DNA of 64,000 bases from Oscillospiraceae bacterium (GCA_009783265.1 WRHM01000006.1:61232-125231); one strand, 5' to 3'; positions 11,556-21,443 are shown, counted from the stretch's first letter. Notes: generated by a model not told the origin, from the sequence alone. A program made the numbers and translations.

Positions 11556-12591
11556 TATAAAATTAGAAACAAAGCGTTTGATTCTTCGGTTGTATGAAGA
11601 AAAAGATTTGCCTGAATATCACAGACTGATGTCAGATAAAGAAAATATGTATTATATGAACGGTTTAGTTACAAATACTCTCGAAGAATCAAGGGAAAGT
11701 TTAAGAGAAACCATCGAGCTAAATAAAACGAAATTAAAACGTTTTTGTGTTGCATTAAAAGAAACCGATAAATTAATCGGAGGATTAGGCTATAATATAA
11801 AAACCGAAACTCCTGTCGGGAAAATCAATCACATAGGTTGGTTTATCATGCCTGAATATCAAAACAAAGGCTATATCACAGAGGCGGCGAAAAAACTTCT
11901 GGAATTTGCGTTTTTGCGTGATAACTGTATAAGAATCGAAACAGGCTGTTATAAAGATAATATCCCGTCGCAGAAAGTCATGATAAAAGTCGGATTCAGA
12001 AAAGAAACTGAAAAAATAAAATCGCAATGGCACGACGGACAAATGAAAGACCAATTAGGATTTGCGATAAATAAAGACGAATATATGCTGATATTCGACG
12101 ATGACAATTATCAGGATTTCTGGATCAGAGAACTTTTACCGGAATATAAATTTTCGGGGAAATCTGAATTTTTACTTGAAAACGAATGTCCCGAAGCTTC
12201 GGCTGTCTCTATTTCATGCAAAGGGCAAAGCCGCGGATTTACAGGAGAAAACGAGCAATGGTTTAAAGAATGGCTGAAAGGCAACGAAAGCGGACAAAAA
12301 GACGTGAATGCGACAGATTGCGCCGTGATTGTGCATAAAATCAATGATAAAACAGTCGGTATATCCTGCACTTGTATTTACGGTCATACTTATGAAAAAG
12401 GCTCGGCAGTTTGGGTGAGAATGCTTGCGGTAATGCCGGAATACCAAAATCAGGGAATAGGCCGTAATTTATTATCGCAGACGTTGCAATACGGAGTTGA
12501 ACATGGGGCAAAACGGGCTTTTTTACACGTTGATTTAGAAAATAAAAACGCAGTAAAATTATACGAAAGCGTAGGATTTATCAGGGATTAA
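11548..12591 (+). CDS. Tandem GNAT N-acetyltransferase (RimJ/RimL-like plus second GNAT)
   Basis: [19 protein letters not shown] and second motif [23 protein letters not shown]. Confidence 0.85.
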   Translation: MCDIKLETKRLILRLYEEKDLPEYHRLMSDKENMYYMNGLVTNTLEESRESLRETIELNKTKLKRFCVALKETDKLIGGLGYNIKTETPVGKINHIGWFIMPEYQNKGYITEAAKKLLEFAFLRDNCIRIETGCYKDNIPSQKVMIKVGFRKETEKIKSQWHDGQMKDQLGFAINKDEYMLIFDDDNYQDFWIRELLPEYKFSGKSEFLLENECPEASAVSISCKGQSRGFTGENEQWFKEWLKGNESGQKDVNATDCAVIVHKINDKTVGISCTCIYGHTYEKGSAVWVRMLAVMPEYQNQGIGRNLLSQTLQYGVEHGAKRAFLHVDLENKNAVKLYESVGFIRD

Positions 12592-12620
12592 AATAAAAAT
12601 ATAACATAAAAATTTTTTGC

Positions 12621-12799
12621 AAAAGCCCTCTTTTTCAAAGAGTATAGCACGCGAGAATCTGACTTGTCTCTGTAAGAATATCTTTAGTCCGCGTGACGTG
12701 TGATTACGTAAGTCTCCCCGAACCAACATCAGATTTATTATTTTAATAATCCCCCGTCGTCGCTACGCGACGCCACCCCCTTTGAAAAAGAGGACTTTT
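12621..12799. mobile_element. MITE-like non-coding element with 20-bp terminal inverted repeats
   Basis: AAAAGCCCTCTTTTTCAAAG (12621-12640) vs CTTTGAAAAAGAGGACTTTT (12780-12799), 19/20 complementary; inner IR AATCTGA/TCAGATT and hairpin GTCGC-tac-GCGAC. Confidence 0.55.
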
Positions 12800-12877
12800 C
12801 GGGAATGTGTGTTAATTCGTTATTAATATAAACAAATAAACAAAAAATCAAAAATAATATTTAAAGGAGAAAAAATC

Positions 12878-14374
12878 ATGTCATTAAAAATTACAAATAA
12901 TATCCCCGTTGTAAAACTCGGAATCGTTGCCGTCAGCCGAGATTGTTTCCCTGCGACTTTAAGCGAAAAAAGACGCGAAGCGGTTGTAAAATGCCTGACT
13001 GAAAAAGAAGCGAATATCTATAACTGCAAAACTATAGTTGAAAATGAAAATGACGTTTTAAACGCGCTTGTTGATATAAGAGCAAACGGAGTAAGCGCGC
13101 TTGTTATATTTCTTGGGAATTTCGGACCTGAAGGGCCTGAAACTATGCTCGCCCAAAAGTTTAAGAATCCTGTTATGTTCGTCGCGGCGGCTGAAGAATC
13201 AAAAAACGATTTGATTAACGGCAGGGGAGACGCTTATTGCGGCATGTTAAGCATGTCATATAATCTCGCGCTGCGCAATCTTAATGTTTATATCCCGGAA
13301 TATCCAGTCGGAACGTCTTGCGAAGTTGCGGATATGATAAAAGATTTTGAAATTGTTTCAAGAGCTTATCTCGGAATAAAAAGCTTGAAAATCATGACGT
13401 TCGGACCCAGACCGCAGGATTTTCTCGCGTGCAACGCGCCTATCGCGCCGTTATTTAATCTTGGCGTTGAAGTTCAGGAAAACAGCGAACTTGATTTATT
13501 TGAATCATTTACTAAACACAAAGACGACAAGAGAATTCCGGAAATTACAAAAGAAATCGAAGAAGACTTAAAAGACAGCGCGTGCAATTTCCCGAAAGTC
13601 GTCCCCAGCCTTGCTCAGTATGAATTGACTTTAAAAGATTGGTTCGAGAAAAATCTCGGAGCGTCAAGTTACGGGGCGTTCGCGAATAAATGCTGGCCCG
13701 CTTTCCAGACTATGTTTAATTTCGTGCCGTGTTATGTAAACTCAAGATTTGCGTCAAAAGGCATACCCATATCATGTGAAACAGATATTTACGGCGCATT
13801 GACAGAATATATACTTACATGTGTGACAGAAGAACCTGTGACTTTGCTTGATATAAACAATACCGTTCCGAAAGATTTATTTGACTCAAATAAAAATCTT
13901 GTCAAAGATTATACATATAACGATTTATTCATGGGATTTCATTGCGGAAATACTCCGGTGTGCCGTTTGAAAAAAAGCACTCTCGCGCATCAGTTAATTA
14001 TGAAACGCCTGCTTGAGCCGGACGGCGAGCCTTATATGTCAAGAGGCACGCTTGAGGGCGATATTGCGGCTTCTGATATAACATTCTTTAGGTTGCAGAG
14101 CTCAAAAGACGGCGAGTTGCGTTCATATATCGCAGAAGGCGAAACTCTCGACATACCGTCGATGTCATTTGGCGGGATTGGCGTAGTTGCGATAAAAGAA
14201 ATGTCAAGGTTTTATAGGCATGTATTAATCCAGAAACAATTCCCGCACCATGGCGGCGTAGGATTCAAAAAATGCGGCAAATATTTATTTGAACTCTTAA
14301 AACTTCTCGGCATAAGCGATATAAGTTATAATCAGCCTAAAGGCGTGCTATATAAAACAGAAAATCCGTTTTAA
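12878..14374 (+). CDS. L-fucose/L-arabinose isomerase family protein
   Basis: VSRDCFP, GNFGPE, RGDAYCG, ANKCWPAFQ, SCETDIYGA, GFHCGN, FPHH motifs; near araB. Confidence 0.8.
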   Translation: MSLKITNNIPVVKLGIVAVSRDCFPATLSEKRREAVVKCLTEKEANIYNCKTIVENENDVLNALVDIRANGVSALVIFLGNFGPEGPETMLAQKFKNPVMFVAAAEESKNDLINGRGDAYCGMLSMSYNLALRNLNVYIPEYPVGTSCEVADMIKDFEIVSRAYLGIKSLKIMTFGPRPQDFLACNAPIAPLFNLGVEVQENSELDLFESFTKHKDDKRIPEITKEIEEDLKDSACNFPKVVPSLAQYELTLKDWFEKNLGASSYGAFANKCWPAFQTMFNFVPCYVNSRFASKGIPISCETDIYGALTEYILTCVTEEPVTLLDINNTVPKDLFDSNKNLVKDYTYNDLFMGFHCGNTPVCRLKKSTLAHQLIMKRLLEPDGEPYMSRGTLEGDIAASDITFFRLQSSKDGELRSYIAEGETLDIPSMSFGGIGVVAIKEMSRFYRHVLIQKQFPHHGGVGFKKCGKYLFELLKLLGISDISYNQPKGVLYKTENPF

Positions 14375-14397
14375 TTTTGATATAACAAATAATAATT

Positions 14398-14423
14398 ACA
14401 GGGGCGACCCTTCAGGTCGCCCT
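14398..14423 (+). repeat. REP-like hairpin
   Basis: ACAG-GGGCGACC-cttca-GGTCGCCC-T. Confidence 0.65.
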
Positions 14424-14462
14424 CTGCATAAATTCAAATAATTTTTCAGGAGTTAAAACGTC

Positions 14463-14903
14463 ATGAACAAAAAAACAAAAATCATAATTATTATAATTGC
14501 CGCTTTGATAGTTTTGGGGGTAGCAGGTTTTTTTATTTATAAAAATATAAAAGACAAAAACAGGGAGCCTGACATGCCTAATGTAACTTTGTTTAAATGT
14601 CATATAGGTAAAACTATAACTGATTCAGATTTAACCGAAATAAAAGAAGTTATAAATAACGCGGTCGGAAATAAAGTTTTAGAAATAGAAAAAGGTTCTA
14701 TTCCGTATAAAGAATATCTGACGGACGAAAACGAAGAAGTTCTTGATGTTGAAATCGGGGACAGTATAACTATAACTTTTTCTGTTTTGACCGACGACGA
14801 AAAAGTAATTGTTTTTAACGCGCTTGCGGAAAAATACGGGATAACCCCTGATTATCTGGTAGAAGGCTTGGGAAAAGATATATACAGGCCCGATTATAAA
14901 TAA
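14463..14903 (+). CDS. Membrane-anchored hypothetical protein
   Basis: GGAG RBS; basic N-terminus plus one hydrophobic helix, then a soluble domain. Confidence 0.75.
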   Translation: MNKKTKIIIIIIAALIVLGVAGFFIYKNIKDKNREPDMPNVTLFKCHIGKTITDSDLTEIKEVINNAVGNKVLEIEKGSIPYKEYLTDENEEVLDVEIGDSITITFSVLTDDEKVIVFNALAEKYGITPDYLVEGLGKDIYRPDYK

Positions 14904-14923
14904 TAATATAAACAGGAAAATAT

Positions 14924-15763
14924 ATGGATAAAATTAAAAATAAAGTTTTATGTTCTACGGGAACTATAATTGGCAGGCTTAATAATTTTGATTATAATCT
15001 GATTCCGGAATATAAAAATAAAATAAAATGCAATGGCTTTGAATTTATAATAGAGCCGTTCTGGAACAGCGAAGAAGAAATAAATAAAATTATATCAAGC
15101 CTGCTGCCGTTTAATATAAATTTTATAACCCTGCATCTTGATAAACATATCGGCGATATGATAAGCAAAAATGAATCCGGAGATGTTGACGGAGCTTTGC
15201 GTATTTTTGAATTAAATTGCAGAGCCGCATCTGAGCTTGGCGCGAAAATGCTCGTATTGCATCTATGGGGAGGACATGATTCCGACAAAAATATCGGCGT
15301 AAATATAAAAGTTTACGCGGATTTACTGGATATTGCGGGAAAATATAATTTGATTTTAACAGTTGAAAACGTAGTATGCAATACATATAACGCATTGACG
15401 CACATGAAAAAATTATATGAAACTTACGGTAATAATATGAAATTTACGGTTGATATACGGCATGCCGAATTTCATAAAATGTTAAAAGAAACCTGCGAGG
15501 CTGATTTTCTCTGGGAAAATAATCTTGTGCCGCATTTTCACATAGCTGATTACAAAGGCGAATACATGGACTGGTCAAAACTTCGTCCTGTTTTACCTCC
15601 CGGAGACGGCGACGTTGATTTTGATTATCTTTCGGGTTTCTTGAAAAAAATAAATTATGCCGGCTCATTTACTCTTGAAGCGGCGGGAGCCATGACTGAA
15701 ACCGGAATAAATTTCGAGAAGTTAAATAAAAATCTTGATTTTATTTATAATAGATTGTGTTAG
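14924..15763 (+). CDS. Sugar phosphate isomerase/epimerase (xylose-isomerase-like TIM barrel)
   Basis: LVLH, TVENV, FTVDIRH, HFHIAD, PGDGDVDF, FTLE motifs. Confidence 0.8.
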   Translation: MDKIKNKVLCSTGTIIGRLNNFDYNLIPEYKNKIKCNGFEFIIEPFWNSEEEINKIISSLLPFNINFITLHLDKHIGDMISKNESGDVDGALRIFELNCRAASELGAKMLVLHLWGGHDSDKNIGVNIKVYADLLDIAGKYNLILTVENVVCNTYNALTHMKKLYETYGNNMKFTVDIRHAEFHKMLKETCEADFLWENNLVPHFHIADYKGEYMDWSKLRPVLPPGDGDVDFDYLSGFLKKINYAGSFTLEAAGAMTETGINFEKLNKNLDFIYNRLC

Positions 15764-15785
15764 ATATAATAAAAAATAGAAAAAT

Positions 15786-16850
15786 ATGGAAAAAATAAAT
15801 TTAAAACATTCAAACGGCTCGTATGATATATATGTCGGCGAAAATATAATAGAAAACGCCGGAGAATATATTGAAAACCTCGGCCTCGCGAATAAAAAAA
15901 TAAAATTCTGCATAGTCAGCGACGATATTGTTTTCCCGTTATACGGCGGTATTGTCAAAGAAAATATAGAACAAAAAGGTTTTATCGTAAAATCTTTTAT
16001 ATTCAAACACGGTGAAAATCAAAAAAAATTAGCTACTATCAGCGATATATATGATTTTTTATACGAAAATAAATTTGACAGAAATGATTGTTTAATCGCG
16101 CTCGGCGGCGGAATTGTCGGGGATATAACCGGATTTGCCGCCGCGACTTATCTTCGGGGGATAAAATTTATTCAAATTCCCACGACTTTATTAGCTCAGA
16201 TCGATTCGTCGGTCGGAGGAAAAACCGGGGTTAATTTATCTCACGGGAAAAATCTTGCCGGGGCATTTTATCAGCCGCAAATGGTTTTATGCGACGTGAA
16301 TATATTACGCACTCTGCCGGATAATATATACGCCGACGGAATGGCTGAAGTGATAAAGCATGGCTGCATAAAAAGCTGCGAACTTTTTGATTCGCTCATC
16401 AACAAAAATATAAGCGTGATTGATATGGTTTATCAGAACATAAAAATAAAATCCGAAGTAGTAATGTCTGATGAATTTGAAACGGGAGAACGCGCAGTTT
16501 TGAATTTCGGGCATACTATTGGTCACGCGATAGAAAAATATTATGATTTTTCAAAATTTTCGCACGGGCAAAGCGTCGCTCTCGGCATGGTTTACGCCGT
16601 GAAAATTTCACAGGTTTTAAATATATGCAAATATGATGTAGTTGAGAAAATAATAAAAATCTTGAATATATATAATTTACCTGTAGATACAGGTGAAAAA
16701 CCCGACAATAAAATTTTAACTGATATTTGCTGCGGCGATAAAAAATCCGAGAATGATTTTATTAAATTTGTTTTACTTGAAGATATAGGAAAATATAAAT
16801 TTGTTAAAATAAATAAAAACGAACTGGGGGATTTATTATGCAGGATTTAA
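15786..16850 (+). CDS. aroB: 3-dehydroquinate synthase
   Basis: ALGGGIVGD, PTTLLAQIDSSVGGKTG, KNLAGAF, LNFGHTIGHAIE. Confidence 0.97.
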   Translation: MEKINLKHSNGSYDIYVGENIIENAGEYIENLGLANKKIKFCIVSDDIVFPLYGGIVKENIEQKGFIVKSFIFKHGENQKKLATISDIYDFLYENKFDRNDCLIALGGGIVGDITGFAAATYLRGIKFIQIPTTLLAQIDSSVGGKTGVNLSHGKNLAGAFYQPQMVLCDVNILRTLPDNIYADGMAEVIKHGCIKSCELFDSLINKNISVIDMVYQNIKIKSEVVMSDEFETGERAVLNFGHTIGHAIEKYYDFSKFSHGQSVALGMVYAVKISQVLNICKYDVVEKIIKILNIYNLPVDTGEKPDNKILTDICCGDKKSENDFIKFVLLEDIGKYKFVKINKNELGDLLCRI

Positions 16851-18049
16851 AAAATATTAAAATAAATCCCGGATATAAAACAGGAACTGTTTCGGTTCCG
16901 TCGTCAAAAAGCATAGCGCACAGAGCGTTGATCTGCGCGGCTCTTGCGAAAGAACAAAGCAATATTTATGGAATAGATTACTCTGATGATATAAACGCTA
17001 CGATTGAAGCGTTAAAAATAATCAAAAAAAATAAACAGCCAATAATTAACTGCAAAGAATCAGGCTCAACGCTTAGATTTTTAATTCCCGTTGCCGCAGC
17101 TCTGGAAATAACCGCAACTTTTACAGGAGAGGGCAAACTCCCCGAACGCCCGGTTGATTTATATCAGGATTTATTCAAAGACAAAGGCGTTTTTATGGAA
17201 TTTACTAATAATAAATTACCTGTGAAAATAAGCGGCAAACTCTCAGCGGGAAAATTTTATATTCTGGGAAATATATCGTCGCAGTTTATAACGGGATTAA
17301 TATTAGCGTTGCCAATTCTTGACGAGGATTCGGAGATAATTTTAATATCGCCGCTTGAATCAAAACCGTATGTTGATATGACTGTTGATGTTTTAAAAAG
17401 ATTTGATATAAAAATTGATAAAACGCCGGACGGATATTATATCAAAGGCAATCAAAATTATCAAAGCGCGGATTATACTGTCGAGGGAGATTTTTCTCAG
17501 GCGGCGTTTTTTGCGTGTGCCGGCGCAATAAACGGCGATATAACGATAAAAAATCTGAATCCAAATTCTTTGCAGGGGGACTATAAAATCATAGATATTT
17601 TAAACGAGTTCGGAGCAAAAGTTTTTTTTGACGGCGAAGATTTAAAGGCAGTCAAATGCGAAAATTTAAGAGGCATAAAAATCGACGCGTCACAAATACC
17701 GGATTTAGTTCCGGTTTTATCAGTGGTGGGAGCATACGCGAAAGGCGAAACGGTCATATATAACGCCGGACGGTTGCGCTTAAAAGAGAGCGACAGGATA
17801 AGAGCGACATGCGAAATGCTTAAATCAATCGGCGCAAATATCAAAGAAACAGACGACGGCATGATAATAAACGGCACAGGCGGAAAAAAACTTCCGGGAG
17901 GATTAGTAAAATCTTTTAACGACCACAGGATAGCAATGTCTGCGGCGGTCGCGGGAATTTGGACGGAGAACGGCGTTGTAATCGACGATATGGGGTGTAT
18001 AAACAAATCATATCCGATGTTTTTGCGGGATTTTAAAGGGTTAAAATAA
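16838..18049 (+). CDS. aroA: EPSP synthase
   Basis: PSSKSIAHRA, ESGSTLRF, SSQF, LRLKESDR, DHRIAM, KSYPMF. Confidence 0.95.
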   Translation: MQDLKNIKINPGYKTGTVSVPSSKSIAHRALICAALAKEQSNIYGIDYSDDINATIEALKIIKKNKQPIINCKESGSTLRFLIPVAAALEITATFTGEGKLPERPVDLYQDLFKDKGVFMEFTNNKLPVKISGKLSAGKFYILGNISSQFITGLILALPILDEDSEIILISPLESKPYVDMTVDVLKRFDIKIDKTPDGYYIKGNQNYQSADYTVEGDFSQAAFFACAGAINGDITIKNLNPNSLQGDYKIIDILNEFGAKVFFDGEDLKAVKCENLRGIKIDASQIPDLVPVLSVVGAYAKGETVIYNAGRLRLKESDRIRATCEMLKSIGANIKETDDGMIINGTGGKKLPGGLVKSFNDHRIAMSAAVAGIWTENGVVIDDMGCINKSYPMFLRDFKGLK

Positions 18050-18073
18050 AAAAATTATATAAAATTAACAGGG

Positions 18074-18772
18074 GTGAAATTTATGAAAAATGTAACAACT
18101 ATTAAATGTGCTAATTGCGGAGCGGATTTAAACGCGGAAATAAACAGGGAATATATTTTTTGTACATACTGCGGTGGTAAAAACAGAATTGAATCAGAAG
18201 AAATGAAAACTAATATTAAAATTGGAAATATAAGTATATCAGCTAAAACCGAAGTTGATAATCTTATATCTTCTGCCGAATACGCAATAAATATTAAGCA
18301 ATTTGATAAAGCTAACGAAATGCTTATAGCTTCTATAATGAGCGGCTGCGAGGATTACCGTGTATATATTTGTAAAGCTATGATTGATTTGCATACGGAC
18401 GACGGTAAATCTCTTTTCACATCATTAGAAAAATTAAAATCAATCGAAATGAAGCAAAATAATAATGAAGTAACTCAGGCAATATGTACACTTATGTCAT
18501 ACAGAGGGATAAATGGCGTTACAGCACTTCACAATTCCACTTTTCATGAAAGATTTGACATGGTGGTATTTTGTGTGGAGCATGGCGGAGACGTAAATTT
18601 AATTGCAGGAATGAACCGTGTTTCTCCGATTAGTATAATGTTCGTTCCGATAGCAAAAACTTTATCTAAAATTGACGGTACGCCGTTTATAAGAAATAAA
18701 GAAATCGTAAAACAAATTCGCCAATATTTAATGCAACATGGCGCAAAAGATAAATGGCGTATGGGATATTAA
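18074..18772 (+). CDS. Hypothetical protein with N-terminal Zn ribbon and ankyrin-like repeat
   Basis: CANCG..CTYCG; GVTALH..VEHGGDVN ankyrin-like unit; ..LMQHGAK. Confidence 0.7.
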   Translation: MKFMKNVTTIKCANCGADLNAEINREYIFCTYCGGKNRIESEEMKTNIKIGNISISAKTEVDNLISSAEYAINIKQFDKANEMLIASIMSGCEDYRVYICKAMIDLHTDDGKSLFTSLEKLKSIEMKQNNNEVTQAICTLMSYRGINGVTALHNSTFHERFDMVVFCVEHGGDVNLIAGMNRVSPISIMFVPIAKTLSKIDGTPFIRNKEIVKQIRQYLMQHGAKDKWRMGY

Positions 18773-18800
18773 TTATAAAATAAAAAGAGAGTAAAAAATA

Positions 18801-19832
18801 ATGGGTTCAATTTGGGGAAACAAGCTAAAAATTTCTATCTTCGGAGAATCCCACGGGGATGGCGTCGGCGTTGTAATCGACGGATTTTCTGCCGGATTTG
18901 AAGTTGACTTCGATTATATAAATAAATTCTTAAAACGCCGCGCTCCGGGAAATAATCTCTCAACTTCACGGATCGAAAGCGATACGCCTGAGATTTTATC
19001 CGGCATAAAAAATAATTTCACGACAGGCGCGCCAATCTGCGCATTTATAAAAAATAATAATGCGCATTCGTCAGATTATCAGGATAAATCAATAAATCCA
19101 CGGCCAAGCCATGCCGATTATAACGCTTATGTAAAATATCACGGATACTCAGACCAACGGGGAGGCGGGCATTTTTCGGGACGTTTGACCGCGCCGCTTG
19201 TATTTGCCGGAGCGTTATGCTCAGACTGGCTCAATAAAAATTATAATATAAAAATCAACGCCCGGCTCAAACAAGTCGGGGATATAAAAATCACAAATGT
19301 AGGGGACGGCGTCCTCGACGTCCCGCCGATACCAACGCAAATCGAAGAATTTATTTTAAAATTAAAAGAAACCGGAGACTCTGTCGGAGCGATAATCGAA
19401 TGTATCGCGGATAACGTTCCGCAGGGGCTTGGAGAGCATATATTTTCATCGGTCGAAGCAAATATTTCGTCGTGTATTTTCGGCATACCCGGAATAAAAG
19501 GCATCGAGTTCGGCAAAGGTTTTGAGTTTGCGTCAATGCGCGGCTCAGAGGCAAACGACGAATATTATTATGATAATAACGGCGAAGTCAAAACAAAAAC
19601 AAACAATAACGGAGGTATAATCGGCGGAATTACTACAGGAATGCCGGTTATATTTTCGGTTGTATTTAAACCAACGCCGTCGATTTTTTTAGAACAAGAC
19701 ACAATAAATCTTGAGACAAAAACAAATGATAAAATAAAAATAAAAGGCAGGCATGACCCCTGTATCGGCATACGCGCCGTACCAATAGTCGAAGCGGCTG
19801 CGGCGGTTGCGCTGACGGATTTGATTTTATAA
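18801..19832 (+). CDS. aroC: Chorismate synthase (contains in-frame REP)
   Basis: FGESHG, RPSHAD, GGGHFSGRLTA, FKPTPSI, GRHDPCI. Confidence 0.96.
   Translation: MGSIWGNKLKISIFGESHGDGVGVVIDGFSAGFEVDFDYINKFLKRRAPGNNLSTSRIESDTPEILSGIKNNFTTGAPICAFIKNNNAHSSDYQDKSINPRPSHADYNAYVKYHGYSDQRGGGHFSGRLTAPLVFAGALCSDWLNKNYNIKINARLKQVGDIKITNVGDGVLDVPPIPTQIEEFILKLKETGDSVGAIIECIADNVPQGLGEHIFSSVEANISSCIFGIPGIKGIEFGKGFEFASMRGSEANDEYYYDNNGEVKTKTNNNGGIIGGITTGMPVIFSVVFKPTPSIFLEQDTINLETKTNDKIKIKGRHDPCIGIRAVPIVEAAAAVALTDLIL
19299..19325 (+). repeat. REP-like hairpin translated in frame within aroC (VGDGVLDVP)
   Basis: GTAG-GGGACG-g-CG-tcct-CG-a-CGTCCC-G; same head and hairpin layout as the intergenic copies. Confidence 0.7.
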
Positions 19833-19846
19833 AAATTTACAGTATT

Positions 19847-20017
19847 TTAGTCAAATTTGATTTCTCCGTTTTCTTTCTCGTATTCTTCTATACATTTTTG
19901 AACAGCGTATTCTATTTGAGCGTTTAGAGAACGTTTTTTAGTTTTAGCTATAAACGTAATCTTTTTTAACGCTTTTTCTTCAAGTCGAAGGCCTGTTTGA
20001 ATTTTATCTGTAGCCAT
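19847..20017 (-). CDS. Arc-family ribbon-helix-helix protein
   Basis: MATDKIQTGLRL..IAKTKKRSLNAQIE; start placed at ATG 20017 after AAAGGG. Confidence 0.8.
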   Translation of the reverse strand: MATDKIQTGLRLEEKALKKITFIAKTKKRSLNAQIEYAVQKCIEEYEKENGEIKFD

Positions 20018-20039
20018 AATAAATATCCCTTTCAAAAAA

Positions 20040-20114
20040 TACTAACATTATACTAACATTTTATCAAAAAACATCTTGACAATCTACTCACAAAATGATA
20101 TGATAGTGTTAGCA
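20040..20114. promoter_or_regulatory. Divergent control region: sigmaA promoter and repeated operator-like boxes
   Basis: TTGACA(20076)-17-TATGAT(20099) with upstream TG; TACTAACATT twice (20040, 20051) and related inverted GTGTTAGCA (20106-20114). Confidence 0.6.
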
Positions 20115-20146
20115 ACAGATTATTGAAAATGAAAGAGGATTTATTT

Positions 20147-20314
20147 ATGAATAAAAATAAAATTAAAACAAATATGAAAATTGATGAAAATGTATTAAAA
20201 AAGATAGCTGTTATAGCTAAATTTAACAATCGTTCTTTAAATGCTCAACTTGAGCATTTAATAAAAAAACGCATAAATGAATATGAAAAGCAAAACGGAG
20301 CGATTAATATTTAA
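20147..20314 (+). CDS. Arc-family ribbon-helix-helix protein (paralog)
   Basis: KTNMKIDE..IAKFNNRSLNAQLE..EYEKQNGAI; AAAGAGG RBS before ATG 20147. Confidence 0.75.
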   Translation: MNKNKIKTNMKIDENVLKKIAVIAKFNNRSLNAQLEHLIKKRINEYEKQNGAINI

Positions 20315-20321
20315 CAAAAAG

Positions 20322-21443
20322 TTACAATACCCGCCGTATCTTCCCCACAGCCAGCAGCAAAAACGGAAATACATACCCCAATATAACCGACGAATAAGAC
20401 AAAATATTCGTGTAAAAATACTCAGCCTCAAAATTATTTTCGCCGATTAAATACGTAAGTATCAATATAATAAACGCAACCGGAAACATAAAAAATTTAG
20501 TGTTATTTTCGCTGATCACAAATAAATTTTTAAAAATTTTCGACAGGATAAAAAAATAATATGCAATCATAATAAAATCCGTGAACGCCCATAATATTAT
20601 AAAAAAAGTCTCAAAACTCTGGATAAGCCCCGAAGATTTTATGCTTTTGAATATCATAAAATAAGGCATAGATAAATTTTTTGCGGTTTCAGCATTGAAA
20701 ATCCCGATAACAGCAAATAAACTCAAAAAATTAAACAACGCGATAATCAACATAAATTTTGTCGCCGTGCGTTTGAATATGCCGGCTGTATTATCTGTTT
20801 CAAGCTTACCGGAATATCTGATATTATCGCCTAAAAAAAGCGAAAAAGTCAGCAGGGACCATAAGCTTATTAACGGAATTGAAGATTTTAAAATATCGGT
20901 TGTGTCGTAATAAGTCACGGGATATATATTTTTCGGATTTATATTAAATAATGCCATGAAAAACGCCAGTATAAAAATAAAACAAATAATCAAAAACGAA
21001 AATTCAGAGAATCTTGCGAAAGATTCTATATTTCTGCGGACTGCGAATAACGCAGATAGCAATAATATAATTATAAAAAATAAAGGCGAGACATTGGGAA
21101 AAATCGACGAAACAAATTTTTCCCCGAAATTCCTGAGAAAAAAAGATATAAAAAATAAAACATGAACTAAAAACAAAAACAAAATTATTTTCCCGGTTAT
21201 TTTCCCGAAAACTGTTTCTGTTATCTGCGCCAAAGATTTATCTCTGTGTTTTTCTGTAAGTTTATCTAAAATAAATATAAGAACTAATATAGGCAGTACA
21301 GCAAAAAAAGGTGAAATCCAGCTTGATTTCGATAAAAATTTATTTGATTCAGGGGTTGTTATTCTCATAATTCCCGAAACCGCCGAGAAAAAAAACAATA
21401 TCATAACTTGGCGTATGCTTATTTTTCTTTCCATAAAATACAT
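20322..21443 (-). CDS. gerAB: Spore germinant receptor B subunit (GerAB-type permease)
   Basis: KISIRQ N-terminus, about 10 TM helices, IESFARF; in operon with GerA and GerC homologs. Confidence 0.8.
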   Translation of the reverse strand: MYFMERKISIRQVMILFFFSAVSGIMRITTPESNKFLSKSSWISPFFAVLPILVLIFILDKLTEKHRDKSLAQITETVFGKITGKIILFLFLVHVLFFISFFLRNFGEKFVSSIFPNVSPLFFIIILLLSALFAVRRNIESFARFSEFSFLIICFIFILAFFMALFNINPKNIYPVTYYDTTDILKSSIPLISLWSLLTFSLFLGDNIRYSGKLETDNTAGIFKRTATKFMLIIALFNFLSLFAVIGIFNAETAKNLSMPYFMIFKSIKSSGLIQSFETFFIILWAFTDFIMIAYYFFILSKIFKNLFVISENNTKFFMFPVAFIILILTYLIGENNFEAEYFYTNILSYSSVILGYVFPFLLLAVGKIRRVL

